From positions 960,001-1,024,000 of the forward strand of contig CBDCOX010000002.1 of the NCBI GenBank assembly GCA_965219995.1: a stretch of 64,000 nucleotides of DNA, given 5' to 3'. The stretch comes from Candidatus Latescibacterota bacterium (lineage in GTDB: Bacteria; Latescibacterota; UBA2968; GCA-2709665). The notes beneath the pieces are model-generated. The model was given only the letters and a program-made list of their open reading frames with translations, had not been told where the DNA came from and did no database searches. Both the position numbers and the translations under genes were made by a program. Each line of letters starts with the position of its first letter. The stretch's first letter is position 1. This document shows positions 55,258 to 64,000 of the stretch, in pieces.

Positions 55258-56316
55258 TTACGGCCGCCGCTCGCTTTCTTCCAGCAGCCAATCTTCCAGA
55301 TATCGGGAGGGGTCCGGCTGCGACTCGCATTCCTTGAAGAGCCGGACCGCGGCATTGAGATCCTGTCCCAGCGTCCGGTACACGCGATCGAAGACGTCGA
55401 CTTTCTCGTGGTACGTCCGATAGGCCATCATCACGGCGTTATTCAAGCGCCGCTGAGGAAAACGGGAGTAGGCGCCGGTCTTCAGATCCAGCCGGAAAAA
55501 ACGGCTCTTTGCACGCTCGAATATGACCTCTCTCTCCTTCATTTTCTCGTCATAAGTGCGTTCCGAGGCGTAGAGCGCCTGCAGTGCTTCCGCGACATCG
55601 TGCATGAACCGATTGAACGTTCGTTCATCGGACCTCCTGGCCAGCATGCGCCTCACGGCCGCTGCCTCCCGCCCGTGACGCTCCCGCATGAACTGCAACG
55701 CGCCGGCCTCCCCCACGAAGGTTGCCAGACTCTCATTAAAGGAGACCTCGTCCGGAATCCACACCGTCGCGTGGGCCAGTTCGTGGATGACGAGTTCGGC
55801 CAGGTCGCCGTCGCCATATCGCAGCATTGTACTCAGGATCGGATCTTCAAACCAGCCCAGTGTACTGTAGGCGCCAACCGGCCGCAGCAATGTATCGAAC
55901 CCTCGCGCCTCCAGCCCGTCCCGATCCCTTTTCGCGCGGTCCAGATCAAAATAACCCCGGTAGGGAAATCGTCCCACTACCGGGTACGTCCACTGAACGG
56001 GCTCAAGCCGGTCTCTGGGCGACGCGGTCAGTTGCCACGAAACCGGACCCTTGCCGATATCGATGTAGCTGCGATAATTTCGAGACCGGGACAGCCCGAT
56101 CCGTCTTTCCGCGAAGCGCCGCACCTCCTGGATGAATTCGAGCCGGTCCCGGACTTCCCGATCCAGATCCCGGCTCGCCAGCATCTTTGAGATCGGCTGC
56201 CGGTTCCAGAGCATTTCCGCCTGGCCGCGAACAAGGTGCCAATAGTACCCGAGTTCCAGGTTCAAGCCGCAAATCAGGGGCAGGAATACGATCAAAGCCG
56301 TGTGGGACCGGCTCAT
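55258..56316 (-). CDS. Putative secreted zinc aminopeptidase
   Basis: PYRGYFD, AYSTLGWFEDP, IHELAH...FNESLATFV. Confidence 0.88.
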   Translation of the reverse strand: MSRSHTALIVFLPLICGLNLELGYYWHLVRGQAEMLWNRQPISKMLASRDLDREVRDRLEFIQEVRRFAERRIGLSRSRNYRSYIDIGKGPVSWQLTASPRDRLEPVQWTYPVVGRFPYRGYFDLDRAKRDRDGLEARGFDTLLRPVGAYSTLGWFEDPILSTMLRYGDGDLAELVIHELAHATVWIPDEVSFNESLATFVGEAGALQFMRERHGREAAAVRRMLARRSDERTFNRFMHDVAEALQALYASERTYDEKMKEREVIFERAKSRFFRLDLKTGAYSRFPQRRLNNAVMMAYRTYHEKVDVFDRVYRTLGQDLNAAVRLFKECESQPDPSRYLEDWLLEESERRP

Positions 56317-56906
56317 CTCGACGGTTCTGCATCCATGAAATAGTAACAGATGATGTGCTGCAGCATCATGTGCATGTCCTCAACCCTCCCCATGTGGTCG
56401 GATTCCACCACGATACAGTGACCAACCAGGTCTTTCAGTTTTCCGCCGCCAAACCCGGCGAAGCCGACCGTATGACAGCCCAGGCGGTTCGCAAAACGCA
56501 CGGCACGGAGTACGTTTTCCGAGTTCCCGCTCCCGCTGATGGCCAACAATACGTCCCCCGGTTCCGCGAAGTTTTTCATCTGCTCCACAAACACGTCTTC
56601 GTAACTCAGGTCGTTGCTCAACGCCGTCATCCACTCCACGTTGTCCGTCAGTGGAATCACCTTGAAGCGGGGCTCCCGGCCAACCGATGCCCCCTTTCCC
56701 AGATCGTTCACGAAGTGGGAGGCGGTACTCGCGCTTCCACCGTTTCCGATGGCGAATATCCGCTTCCCCGAGTCCCTGGCGTCACGGATAAGCGTAACGA
56801 CCGACGCGATGTGCCGGGGGTTCAATGATGCCAACAGCCGTTCGTTCCGCCGGATATATCTCGCGGCAAAGGCTTCAATGGATTCCATGAGATTCCCCGA
56901 AGTCAT
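56313..56906 (-). CDS. SIS-domain sugar-phosphate isomerase (GmhA-like)
   Basis: GNGGSAS.ASHF, ND.SYE.VF, ISGSGNSENV, EDMH. Confidence 0.88.
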   Translation of the reverse strand: MTSGNLMESIEAFAARYIRRNERLLASLNPRHIASVVTLIRDARDSGKRIFAIGNGGSASTASHFVNDLGKGASVGREPRFKVIPLTDNVEWMTALSNDLSYEDVFVEQMKNFAEPGDVLLAISGSGNSENVLRAVRFANRLGCHTVGFAGFGGGKLKDLVGHCIVVESDHMGRVEDMHMMLQHIICYYFMDAEPSR

Positions 56907-56970
56907 GACTCGCTCTCACGTTCCCCGCCGTCTTGCTCCTCCCGCAGCGCCTTCCGGTCAGTCGCGTGCG

Positions 56971-57825
56971 TCACAATCCCGCCGCCCGCCACGCTTCGTC
57001 CAGTCCGCCGTGGGTGACGCGAACCGCTTCCTCCGCCGGCAATTCCCTTACCTTCCGACTGAAGGGCTCGGGCGTTACGGGTCCGGCGTACCCGATCTCT
57101 TTCAACGCTTTCAGGAAACCTGGCAGGTCGATCACGCCGGTCTCGGACGGGAGCGCGCGCACGTGATCGACCTGATCCTCCACGGCCACGCCGGCTGGCG
57201 CGTCGTTCACGTGTACGTGGATGACGTCGGGAGGCGTGAGCCCCCTGAGATCCGCAAGCGTCCCCAGCGACGTATACCAATGCCAGGAATCCAACAGCAA
57301 ACCGGCGTTTCGGGTTCCCAGGGCCTCGCAGAATCCCAGCATCCCGCCGATCGAATGGATGAATCCGTATGTGCTGCCGATACGATGGGTTCTCGGTCCG
57401 ATGAACTCCAGTCCGAGGTTGCACCCGTGGTCCTTCAACACTTCACATACCGGCCGCAAACGGTCCAGACACCACGTGAACTGCTCACGAAAGGGACGCT
57501 CGTCGGAAGCTGGCGCAATCCACTGCGAGACCCTGCACGCGCCCACCGCAGCCCCGGCGGCGGCCAAACCGGGTAATGCGCGCAGGTCACGCTCATAGTC
57601 CTCCAGGGGACCGTTCCAGGCCACGGGCAATCCCCACGCGCCGATCTTCATGCCAGCCTCGGAGAACAGCCCGGTGACGTGGTCCGATCCCTTGTCGCTC
57701 ACGAGCCGCGCCACCTCACGGATATTGACGTCAAGGCCCTGAAAACCCCCGGTCTTTGCATACGCCAGTCCTTCCGCCAGCGTCGCCTTTACCCCGATGG
57801 CGCCGGGCGACAGGCACTTGAACAT
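56971..57825 (-). CDS. Sugar phosphate isomerase/epimerase (xylose isomerase-like TIM barrel)
   Basis: LGLEFIG, LLDSWH, HVHVND, VTPEPF. Confidence 0.85.
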   Translation of the reverse strand: MFKCLSPGAIGVKATLAEGLAYAKTGGFQGLDVNIREVARLVSDKGSDHVTGLFSEAGMKIGAWGLPVAWNGPLEDYERDLRALPGLAAAGAAVGACRVSQWIAPASDERPFREQFTWCLDRLRPVCEVLKDHGCNLGLEFIGPRTHRIGSTYGFIHSIGGMLGFCEALGTRNAGLLLDSWHWYTSLGTLADLRGLTPPDVIHVHVNDAPAGVAVEDQVDHVRALPSETGVIDLPGFLKALKEIGYAGPVTPEPFSRKVRELPAEEAVRVTHGGLDEAWRAAGL

Positions 57826-57913
57826 CAGCTACCTCCGGTGTTTGCTCTTGATGGGGACGTCCGGGTTGCGGTGGGGAGGGCCGGCAAATCGCTCGTTATT
57901 TCGCAACCCGCGG

Positions 57914-59011
57914 TCAATCCAGCGCCACCCGGTGCATCTTCAGCGTTTCAGGGTTCAAGTCCACCCCGAGGCCGGGGCGCCGGCCGACGCGAATGCGGCC
58001 GTCGACGATTGCTTCCGGCTGGAGGGTCAACTCGTTTCGCCATGGGATCTCGCCCCAGGCATATTCCAGAATCAGGAACCCGGGGTGCGTCGCCATAACC
58101 TGCATGCCGGCGCTTACGGCAACCGGTCCGAACGGCCCGTGCGGCGCCACGGGTACGCCGAATGCCTCCGCCATCTCCGCAATCGCTTTCAGTTCTGCGA
58201 TTCCCCCCACAACCGTCACGTCCGGCATGACCACGTCCATTGCCGTGTTTTCCAGGGCCTCCCTGAACCCGCCGCGCGACGTTCGCCCTTCGCCGCCGGC
58301 TGTTCGCAACCCGCAATGCCTGTTCACCTCGACGACGGCATCCATATTGTCTTCCGAAACGGGTTGCTCGTACCAGAAAAGATCCAGGTCAGCAAGTGCT
58401 TCGGCTGTATTCAGGGCGCCTTTGACCGTGAAATGGCTGTGGCAGTCGACCAGCACGTCCACGTCGGGGCCGACCGCCCGGCGCACGGCCTTTACCCGCG
58501 CGATGCCCGGCCCTGCTTCCGCCGCAGAGTCCATATTTCGAGGCATCCCGTCGAATGGAGCCAACTTGACCGCATCGAAACCCTCTGCGACTGCTCCGGC
58601 GGCGAGCGACGCGAAGTTCTCCGGGCTTCGATCCGTCGATGCCCTGTTGATGTTGGCATACAAACGGACTTCCTCGCGGACCGGACCTCCCAGCAATGTG
58701 GAAACCGGAACGTCGAGCGCCTTTCCAAGAAGGTCCCACAGCGCCTGCTCCAACGCGCTGACGGCACTGACCGTATCTCTGTCGCGGGCATCACGCGAAA
58801 ATGTATCCGAAAATTTCCGGATGCGCCGGGGGTCCCGGCCCCGCAGCCACTCGCCCAGCTCCTTCACGGCCCGTATCCGGCCGGCGTAGTTCCTGCCGGC
58901 GCGCAATTCTCCGAGGCCCCGCAGACCCGCGTCCGTGTTGACGTATACAAACACCCAGTCGCCCAGGTGATTCACCCTGACGGCGAACAGATCGATCCCC
59001 GTAACCTTCAT
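57914..59011 (-). CDS. Mandelate racemase/enolase-superfamily dehydratase (DgoD-like)
   Basis: SALEQALWDLLGK, VLVDCH, WYEQP, AGGE, APH. Confidence 0.88.
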   Translation of the reverse strand: MKVTGIDLFAVRVNHLGDWVFVYVNTDAGLRGLGELRAGRNYAGRIRAVKELGEWLRGRDPRRIRKFSDTFSRDARDRDTVSAVSALEQALWDLLGKALDVPVSTLLGGPVREEVRLYANINRASTDRSPENFASLAAGAVAEGFDAVKLAPFDGMPRNMDSAAEAGPGIARVKAVRRAVGPDVDVLVDCHSHFTVKGALNTAEALADLDLFWYEQPVSEDNMDAVVEVNRHCGLRTAGGEGRTSRGGFREALENTAMDVVMPDVTVVGGIAELKAIAEMAEAFGVPVAPHGPFGPVAVSAGMQVMATHPGFLILEYAWGEIPWRNELTLQPEAIVDGRIRVGRRPGLGVDLNPETLKMHRVALD

Positions 59012-59020
59012 CCGAAAGGC

Positions 59021-60088
59021 CTAGGCTCCGTAGACTTCCGCGACGCGCGATGCGATCCCGCGCCAGTCCAGCGATTTTGCGCGTGTAAACGCGGCGCGCC
59101 CCGCCTTGTCGAGGTCGCGCCTTCTGATGTCGAGCAGCGCTTTTGTCAACGCCGTGCTATCTTTCGGGTCGTACAGGATGCCCATCGATTCGTCGACCAA
59201 CTCCGGCAGGCATCCCATCGCCGGCACGATTACAGGTTTCCCGAAGGAAAGTGCCGCGATTGCGGACCCGGACGTCAGCACCTGTGAAAACGGCAGCACG
59301 ACAACGTCCGCGGCATTCAGGTAGATCTGGAAATCTTCATTCGGAAAAAAGCTGTGCGTGAAAACGAGAATGCGTTCGTCCTCTTCCGCCAGAGAAACGA
59401 TCCGGTCGGCATAACTGCCATCGAAGGCCCTACGCGTCATGATGGCCAGCCGCGTGTCGGCCGCCGCGCATCCACGATAGACGTCGATCAGCTTTTCAAT
59501 TCCCTTGTATGCCCTCGCGTTTCCGAAATAGAGATAGACAAACGCGTCCGCCGGCAGACCCAACCGGTGCCGGGCCGCCTCACGCGACAATTCATTTGGA
59601 AAGATGTCGATGTAGTGGCCATGCGGAATGACGTGGAGGGGACCGGTACGATAGAAGAGCCTGCGCGCAAGGCCGGCGCCGTAGCGGCAGTGCGCAATCA
59701 TCCTGTCGGCCGTCCGCGCCACGATCAGCCGCGCCAGATGATCCAGGTCCGGAAACGGGCGCTCGTGAGGATACCGGTTGTGCAACGTCCACACGATCCG
59801 GTACCCCAGTTCTCTGGCATAGTGGAGATTGTCCGCGAAACGACTGAGCCGGGAAACGGATTGCTCCAGGGTGTCATCCCGGTAGAACCAGTGAAGCCAG
59901 TTCAGATGCAATACGGAGAAATCGCTTCGTGCGTCTTTCAGCCAATCCCGCCGAAACGCGTAGTCCCCCAGTTCAAGGTGGATATCCAGCTTGGCAAGGT
60001 CGTGTGCAAGCAGGGGCCCGTAGGGATTGCATCTGTCCTGAAGCGCCAGACCCCCGGCCGCGGCTTCCCAGAAAAAGAAAGCCCGCAT
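59021..60088 (-). CDS. Glycosyltransferase family 4
   Basis: VWTLHN, IPHGHY, YFGNARAYKGIE, ADVVVLPF, SFGKPVI. Confidence 0.88.
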   Translation of the reverse strand: MRAFFFWEAAAGGLALQDRCNPYGPLLAHDLAKLDIHLELGDYAFRRDWLKDARSDFSVLHLNWLHWFYRDDTLEQSVSRLSRFADNLHYARELGYRIVWTLHNRYPHERPFPDLDHLARLIVARTADRMIAHCRYGAGLARRLFYRTGPLHVIPHGHYIDIFPNELSREAARHRLGLPADAFVYLYFGNARAYKGIEKLIDVYRGCAAADTRLAIMTRRAFDGSYADRIVSLAEEDERILVFTHSFFPNEDFQIYLNAADVVVLPFSQVLTSGSAIAALSFGKPVIVPAMGCLPELVDESMGILYDPKDSTALTKALLDIRRRDLDKAGRAAFTRAKSLDWRGIASRVAEVYGA

Positions 60089-60091
60089 CGT

Positions 60092-61036
60092 TCAATATCC
60101 CTTACGCTTATCGATCACGCTCAGCAGCGGCCGCCCGGCAACCAACCGTTTCAGGTTTTCGCAGAAAAGGTTCACGATACGGTCCTGCCGGTTGGGCGAC
60201 CCGCCCGCGGTATGCGGGGTGATCAGCACGTTGTCCAATCTCCAGAGCGGGTGCTCCGGCGGGAGCGGCTCGACGGGCGTAACATCCAGCCCGGCCCCCG
60301 CAATCTGCTTGCGCGTCAGCGCGGCGACCAGCGCGGCTTCGTCCATGATTCCGCCCCTCGTCACGTTGATCAGGAGCGCACTTGATTTCATGGAGCGAAA
60401 GGCGCGTTCGTCGAACAGACCGCGCGTATCCGGCGTCAGGGGCGCGCAGACGGCCACGACGTCGGACACGTTCAGCAGGTGGTGGAACCGATCCAACTTC
60501 CAGCATGCCGCCACGCATGCGGGCACATCGACGTCTTCCGGGTCCACTGCCACCACGCGCATGCCGAACGCGTCTGCTCGGACGGCAAGTTCGCGACCCG
60601 TACCCCCCAGGCCCACGATCCCCATGGTCAGGTCAACCAGTTCCCGACTCGCGTTCCGTATCGGCATCCGCTGGTCCCATCCGGGCCTTCGGACAGCCCA
60701 GGCGATACCCCGCGTGAGACCCAGCAACAGCGCCATGGCGTGTTCGGCCAGATGCACGCCAACCGTACCCCGACCGCTTGTCAGCACAACGTTGCTGTCC
60801 ACGAACGCCTTGAACAACTGCCCGTCGACGCCGGCGCCCCACGTCTGCACCCACCGCAATCGCTCTCCGCGCCGGAACATCTCCGGACTCAGACCTCCAA
60901 AGACCACTTCCACCTGCGGCATGACCTCGAGCATTTCGGCTTCGGATTCCGGCGTTAACACTTCCGCGCCGTCGACCGCGGACGTGATCTGTTTCCTGTG
61001 GCGGTCCTCCATATCCACGCGCAGCAGTATTCTCAT
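60092..61036 (-). CDS. D-2-hydroxyacid dehydrogenase
   Basis: GAGVD, GIVGLGGTG, LINVTRG, GLDVTPVEPL, ITPHTAG. Confidence 0.92.
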   Translation of the reverse strand: MRILLRVDMEDRHRKQITSAVDGAEVLTPESEAEMLEVMPQVEVVFGGLSPEMFRRGERLRWVQTWGAGVDGQLFKAFVDSNVVLTSGRGTVGVHLAEHAMALLLGLTRGIAWAVRRPGWDQRMPIRNASRELVDLTMGIVGLGGTGRELAVRADAFGMRVVAVDPEDVDVPACVAACWKLDRFHHLLNVSDVVAVCAPLTPDTRGLFDERAFRSMKSSALLINVTRGGIMDEAALVAALTRKQIAGAGLDVTPVEPLPPEHPLWRLDNVLITPHTAGGSPNRQDRIVNLFCENLKRLVAGRPLLSVIDKRKGY

Positions 61037-61080
61037 GACATCGTCTCCGGTCCACAACGTGAGACCGTCCGCCGGGCCGT

Positions 61081-62328
61081 TCAGAATACCTCTTCGGCTG
61101 ACCCGCGAACGGCGACCGCGAGGGCGTCGATTTTTTCTTCCGGAAACCAGGGATTTACGGTGGTCAGGTGGAGAACCCGCTGAAGCAGATCCTCCGTTCG
61201 GGGGCACAGTCCCGGTCCGTAGGTAACCTTGCCGCCGTACACCGGCGAATTCCAGGGATTCGAGTGCGGTGAAGCCGTGGCCTGGTTCCGGATGGGCGGT
61301 CCCATATATACCGGCTTCCCGCCGTATCCGAGACCGGCCGAATACCCGCGATCCCTCATCGCTTTGGCAAACCGCGCGCATGTGTGCCGGTCTTCGAAGA
61401 CGAGATCCCAATGTACGCCGAGGTGGCCGTCTTCGTCGTTTGCCGGCCTGATATTCACCCCGGGCACGCCGGCTACCGCCTTGCTGAATCGGCGGAACTT
61501 GCCGCGCAGGCCTTCGACGACGTCATCCATCTTCTGCAGCTGCGTGAGCGCAACCGCCCCGGACATCTCGGGCATGCGGAAGTTCTCGCCCACGAACGGC
61601 TCCAGGGTCGGCTCGAATCCGGGAAATCGCGTCTTTTCCCGAAACAGCCCCTGGTCGTGGTAACGCACGGCGCGTTCGTAGAGTTCCGCATTGTCGGACA
61701 ACACCACGCCGCCTTCTCCCGATGTGATAATCTTGCCGAATTGCAGGCTGAACGCACCCAGATCGCCCCAGGTCCCTATGGCTCTTCCGTTGTACGTCGC
61801 ACCCGCGCTCTGGGAGCAATCTTCGATCACTTTCAATCCATGCCTCGCCGCGACCTCCATAATGCCATCCATCCTGCACGGCGTGCCCCACAGGTGCACC
61901 GGCAGAATCGCCTTTGTCCTCGGCGTGATTCTTTCTTCGATGGCATCCGGGTCCAGTGTCATCGACCGGTCGACTTCGGCAAAGATCGGCACACCCCCAA
62001 GGAGGACGACTGCCCCCGGCGTGGCGACAAAGGTGACCGGCGGCATGATGACCTCGTCGCCGGGACCGACACCCGCGGCAACCAGGGCAACCTTGATTGC
62101 GGCAGTCCCGGACGTGACCGCCAGGGCGTACGGCGAATCCATCTTCCTGGCGAAACCCTGCTCGAAACGCGCCACCATATCCAGACGATCGGGACCGTAG
62201 TCCCTCGAAAGCGATCGACTCTTTATGACTGCCAGAACTTCCTGCACCTCCTCGTCGTCGAGCACGGACGCCCCGGCGTGGAGACTCCGTACCGGACTGT
62301 CCGGAGGTAGTGTCCTTCGATTTGCCAT
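61081..62328 (-). CDS. DegT/DnrJ/EryC1/StrS aminotransferase
   Basis: SGTAA, FVAT, IEDCSQSAG, FSLQFGKIITSGEGG. Confidence 0.92.
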   Translation of the reverse strand: MANRRTLPPDSPVRSLHAGASVLDDEEVQEVLAVIKSRSLSRDYGPDRLDMVARFEQGFARKMDSPYALAVTSGTAAIKVALVAAGVGPGDEVIMPPVTFVATPGAVVLLGGVPIFAEVDRSMTLDPDAIEERITPRTKAILPVHLWGTPCRMDGIMEVAARHGLKVIEDCSQSAGATYNGRAIGTWGDLGAFSLQFGKIITSGEGGVVLSDNAELYERAVRYHDQGLFREKTRFPGFEPTLEPFVGENFRMPEMSGAVALTQLQKMDDVVEGLRGKFRRFSKAVAGVPGVNIRPANDEDGHLGVHWDLVFEDRHTCARFAKAMRDRGYSAGLGYGGKPVYMGPPIRNQATASPHSNPWNSPVYGGKVTYGPGLCPRTEDLLQRVLHLTTVNPWFPEEKIDALAVAVRGSAEEVF

Positions 62329-62346
62329 CCCGATTTCTCCCCTGCG

Positions 62347-63753
62347 TCATGCCGGCCAGACAGGCCTCAGAAAATCCCCGGTTTCACGCATCCAACCGGC
62401 GAGTCGGGTTCTCAGGTGGTCTCGCGCGGACCTGTGATTCGGGTCCTGCGCGAGATTCCGCATCTCGTGCGGGTCCGCGCCGCGATCGAAGAGTTGATCC
62501 GCGTCGCGATGGTGATAGATATATTTGCAGGCGTCCGTCACCACGCCCCGGGTGTGAATCCCGCCTCGATGATAACCGTTGAACTCGACAAATACCTCGC
62601 CGGCTGTTCGCACACGGGCATCCGCCAGGTCCGGCATCAGGCTCTTACCCTGCACCCGGGGCATCGGCGGCAGATTCAGCAGGTCCAGAACCGTGGACGG
62701 CAGGTCCACGTGGGAACCGAACCCCCAACGATTGCCGGGTTCGACACCCGGCGAGGATATCAGCAGCGGCAACTGGATGGATTCGGCGTAAAGTACGCCC
62801 TTCTGATAGAGGTTGTGTGCGCCCAGCATTTCGCCGTGGTCGCAGGTAAAAACCACCGTGGTATCGTCCGCACGCCCGCACGCCTCCACAGCGTCCAGTA
62901 CCGTGCCCACGCAGGAATCCAGAAACGCGACAAATCCCCAGTAGGTGGCCGTTGCCAGCGCCCAGCGCTCCCAGGACCAGCCGCGTACGCACTGCGCGCC
63001 GGCTGCGTTTCGAACGGGCTCGGGAAGGCCATCCATGTTCTCGCCGAAGCTTTGCGGAGGTACCATCTTGTCTGGCGAAAACATGCTGTAATACGGTTCG
63101 GGAACCAATATGGGGGGGTGGGGACCGCCCAGAGAACACCAGGCGGCAAACGGGCGGTCATTCGGCGCTGAACGGATGAATTCGCTCACGTTTCGCGCGA
63201 TCGTCATATCCGGATGCGTGTCAACCGGTTCCTGCCATCGCGCCGGCACCGGCGTGCTGATGGCCCAATCGTGCATCGCCCCGCGATCGGTAGGCGTGGA
63301 TACAGGCCCCCTCTGGTCGCCGTCCTTACCGCCCTGCGCAATCAGCATCCGCAGGTGGTCCTTGTAGGGGAAGCCTCGAGGCGCGAAGTGGGCGAATTCT
63401 GTGGACCGGTCGTCCTCGGTCGGTCGGTTGACATGCCAGATTCCCTCGTATCCGACGTGATAGCCGCAATCCATCAGCACATCGATCAGCAGTTGCTCTC
63501 CGGCATTGAGTGTTTCGTAACCCGGCCCGAATGTCGTCGCGCCGTGGGCATGCGGCCATCTCCCGGTCATCATGGACGGACGCGTGGGCACGCACAGGGG
63601 GGTTGCGCAATAAAACTCCTGGAATACCGCGCTGCGCATTGCCAGCCGATCCAGCCGGGGTGTCGGAACTCGCCCTCCGTAGGCACCCAGCGTTTGTCGC
63701 TGAAGCTGATCGCAAAGAATCACGACCAGGTTTTTGGACCGGCTCCGGGACAT
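62347..63753 (-). CDS. Cys-type (formylglycine) sulfatase-like hydrolase
   Basis: ILCDQ, LCVPTRPSMMTGR (CxPxR), GGPHPP, TCDHGEMLGAH. Confidence 0.92.
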   Translation of the reverse strand: MSRSRSKNLVVILCDQLQRQTLGAYGGRVPTPRLDRLAMRSAVFQEFYCATPLCVPTRPSMMTGRWPHAHGATTFGPGYETLNAGEQLLIDVLMDCGYHVGYEGIWHVNRPTEDDRSTEFAHFAPRGFPYKDHLRMLIAQGGKDGDQRGPVSTPTDRGAMHDWAISTPVPARWQEPVDTHPDMTIARNVSEFIRSAPNDRPFAAWCSLGGPHPPILVPEPYYSMFSPDKMVPPQSFGENMDGLPEPVRNAAGAQCVRGWSWERWALATATYWGFVAFLDSCVGTVLDAVEACGRADDTTVVFTCDHGEMLGAHNLYQKGVLYAESIQLPLLISSPGVEPGNRWGFGSHVDLPSTVLDLLNLPPMPRVQGKSLMPDLADARVRTAGEVFVEFNGYHRGGIHTRGVVTDACKYIYHHRDADQLFDRGADPHEMRNLAQDPNHRSARDHLRTRLAGWMRETGDFLRPVWPA

Positions 63754-63880
63754 ACTCACCCTGCGACCGTTGGCCCGCTGAACATGAACCGACAAACTGC
63801 CGTTCCGGGTTCAGGGATCGCAACCGGTCGTCCATGGATCGGACGACGATCGATTTCAATCCGGATACACGCGAATACGG

Positions 63881-64000
63881 CTACCGCGCACCGGAGGGGT
63901 CCGCCACCACGACCGAAACCGCGAGCCACCCGCCTACCGGAATGATATTCGAAACCAGTCGCGGGTGTTCGGCAACACGCCTGTTGTATTCCTGTATTCC
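63881..64000 (-). CDS. 3' end of a probable O-methyltransferase (partial)
   Basis: Manual translation GIQEYNRRVAEHPRLVSNIIPVGGWLAVSVV...stop resembles a CCoAOMT-family C-terminus. Confidence 0.55.
   Translation of the reverse strand, partial: GIQEYNRRVAEHPRLVSNIIPVGGWLAVSVVVADPSGAR

Overview
A GC-rich bacterial chromosomal segment, almost entirely encoded on the minus strand. A short RpoD-like sigma factor, a bS22/COX24-type micro-ribosomal protein, a degenerate MutL nuclease motif and many sugar, sulfatase and molybdoenzyme genes suggest an FCB-superphylum organism such as Latescibacterota; this is inference only. Contents: core genes (miaA, mutL, hpt, ychF, lexA, HU, class A PBP, class I aldolase, family-5 UDG); four tRNAs (Gly-CCC, Pro-CGG, Pro-GGG, Arg-CCG); a lower-GC accessory islet beside tRNA-Gly (two PD-(D/E)XK-like proteins, a VapBC-type pair, an orphan DUF2442); one intact IS630; a second TA pair; a xanthine-dehydrogenase-family operon with two tandem large subunits; and a sugar-modification cluster. 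Best novelty candidates: (1) an MlaEFD operon that continues into a secreted FG-GAP repeat protein fused to a four-CxxCH cytochrome c domain, a heme-less paralog and an AI-2E transporter; (2) a candidate new LexA operator; (3) several palindromic REP-like repeat families, including self-nested copies; (4) an internally deleted archease; (5) a possible leader-peptide attenuator. No CRISPR array, rRNA or integrase was seen. All assignments come from reading motifs by eye; no searches were run.
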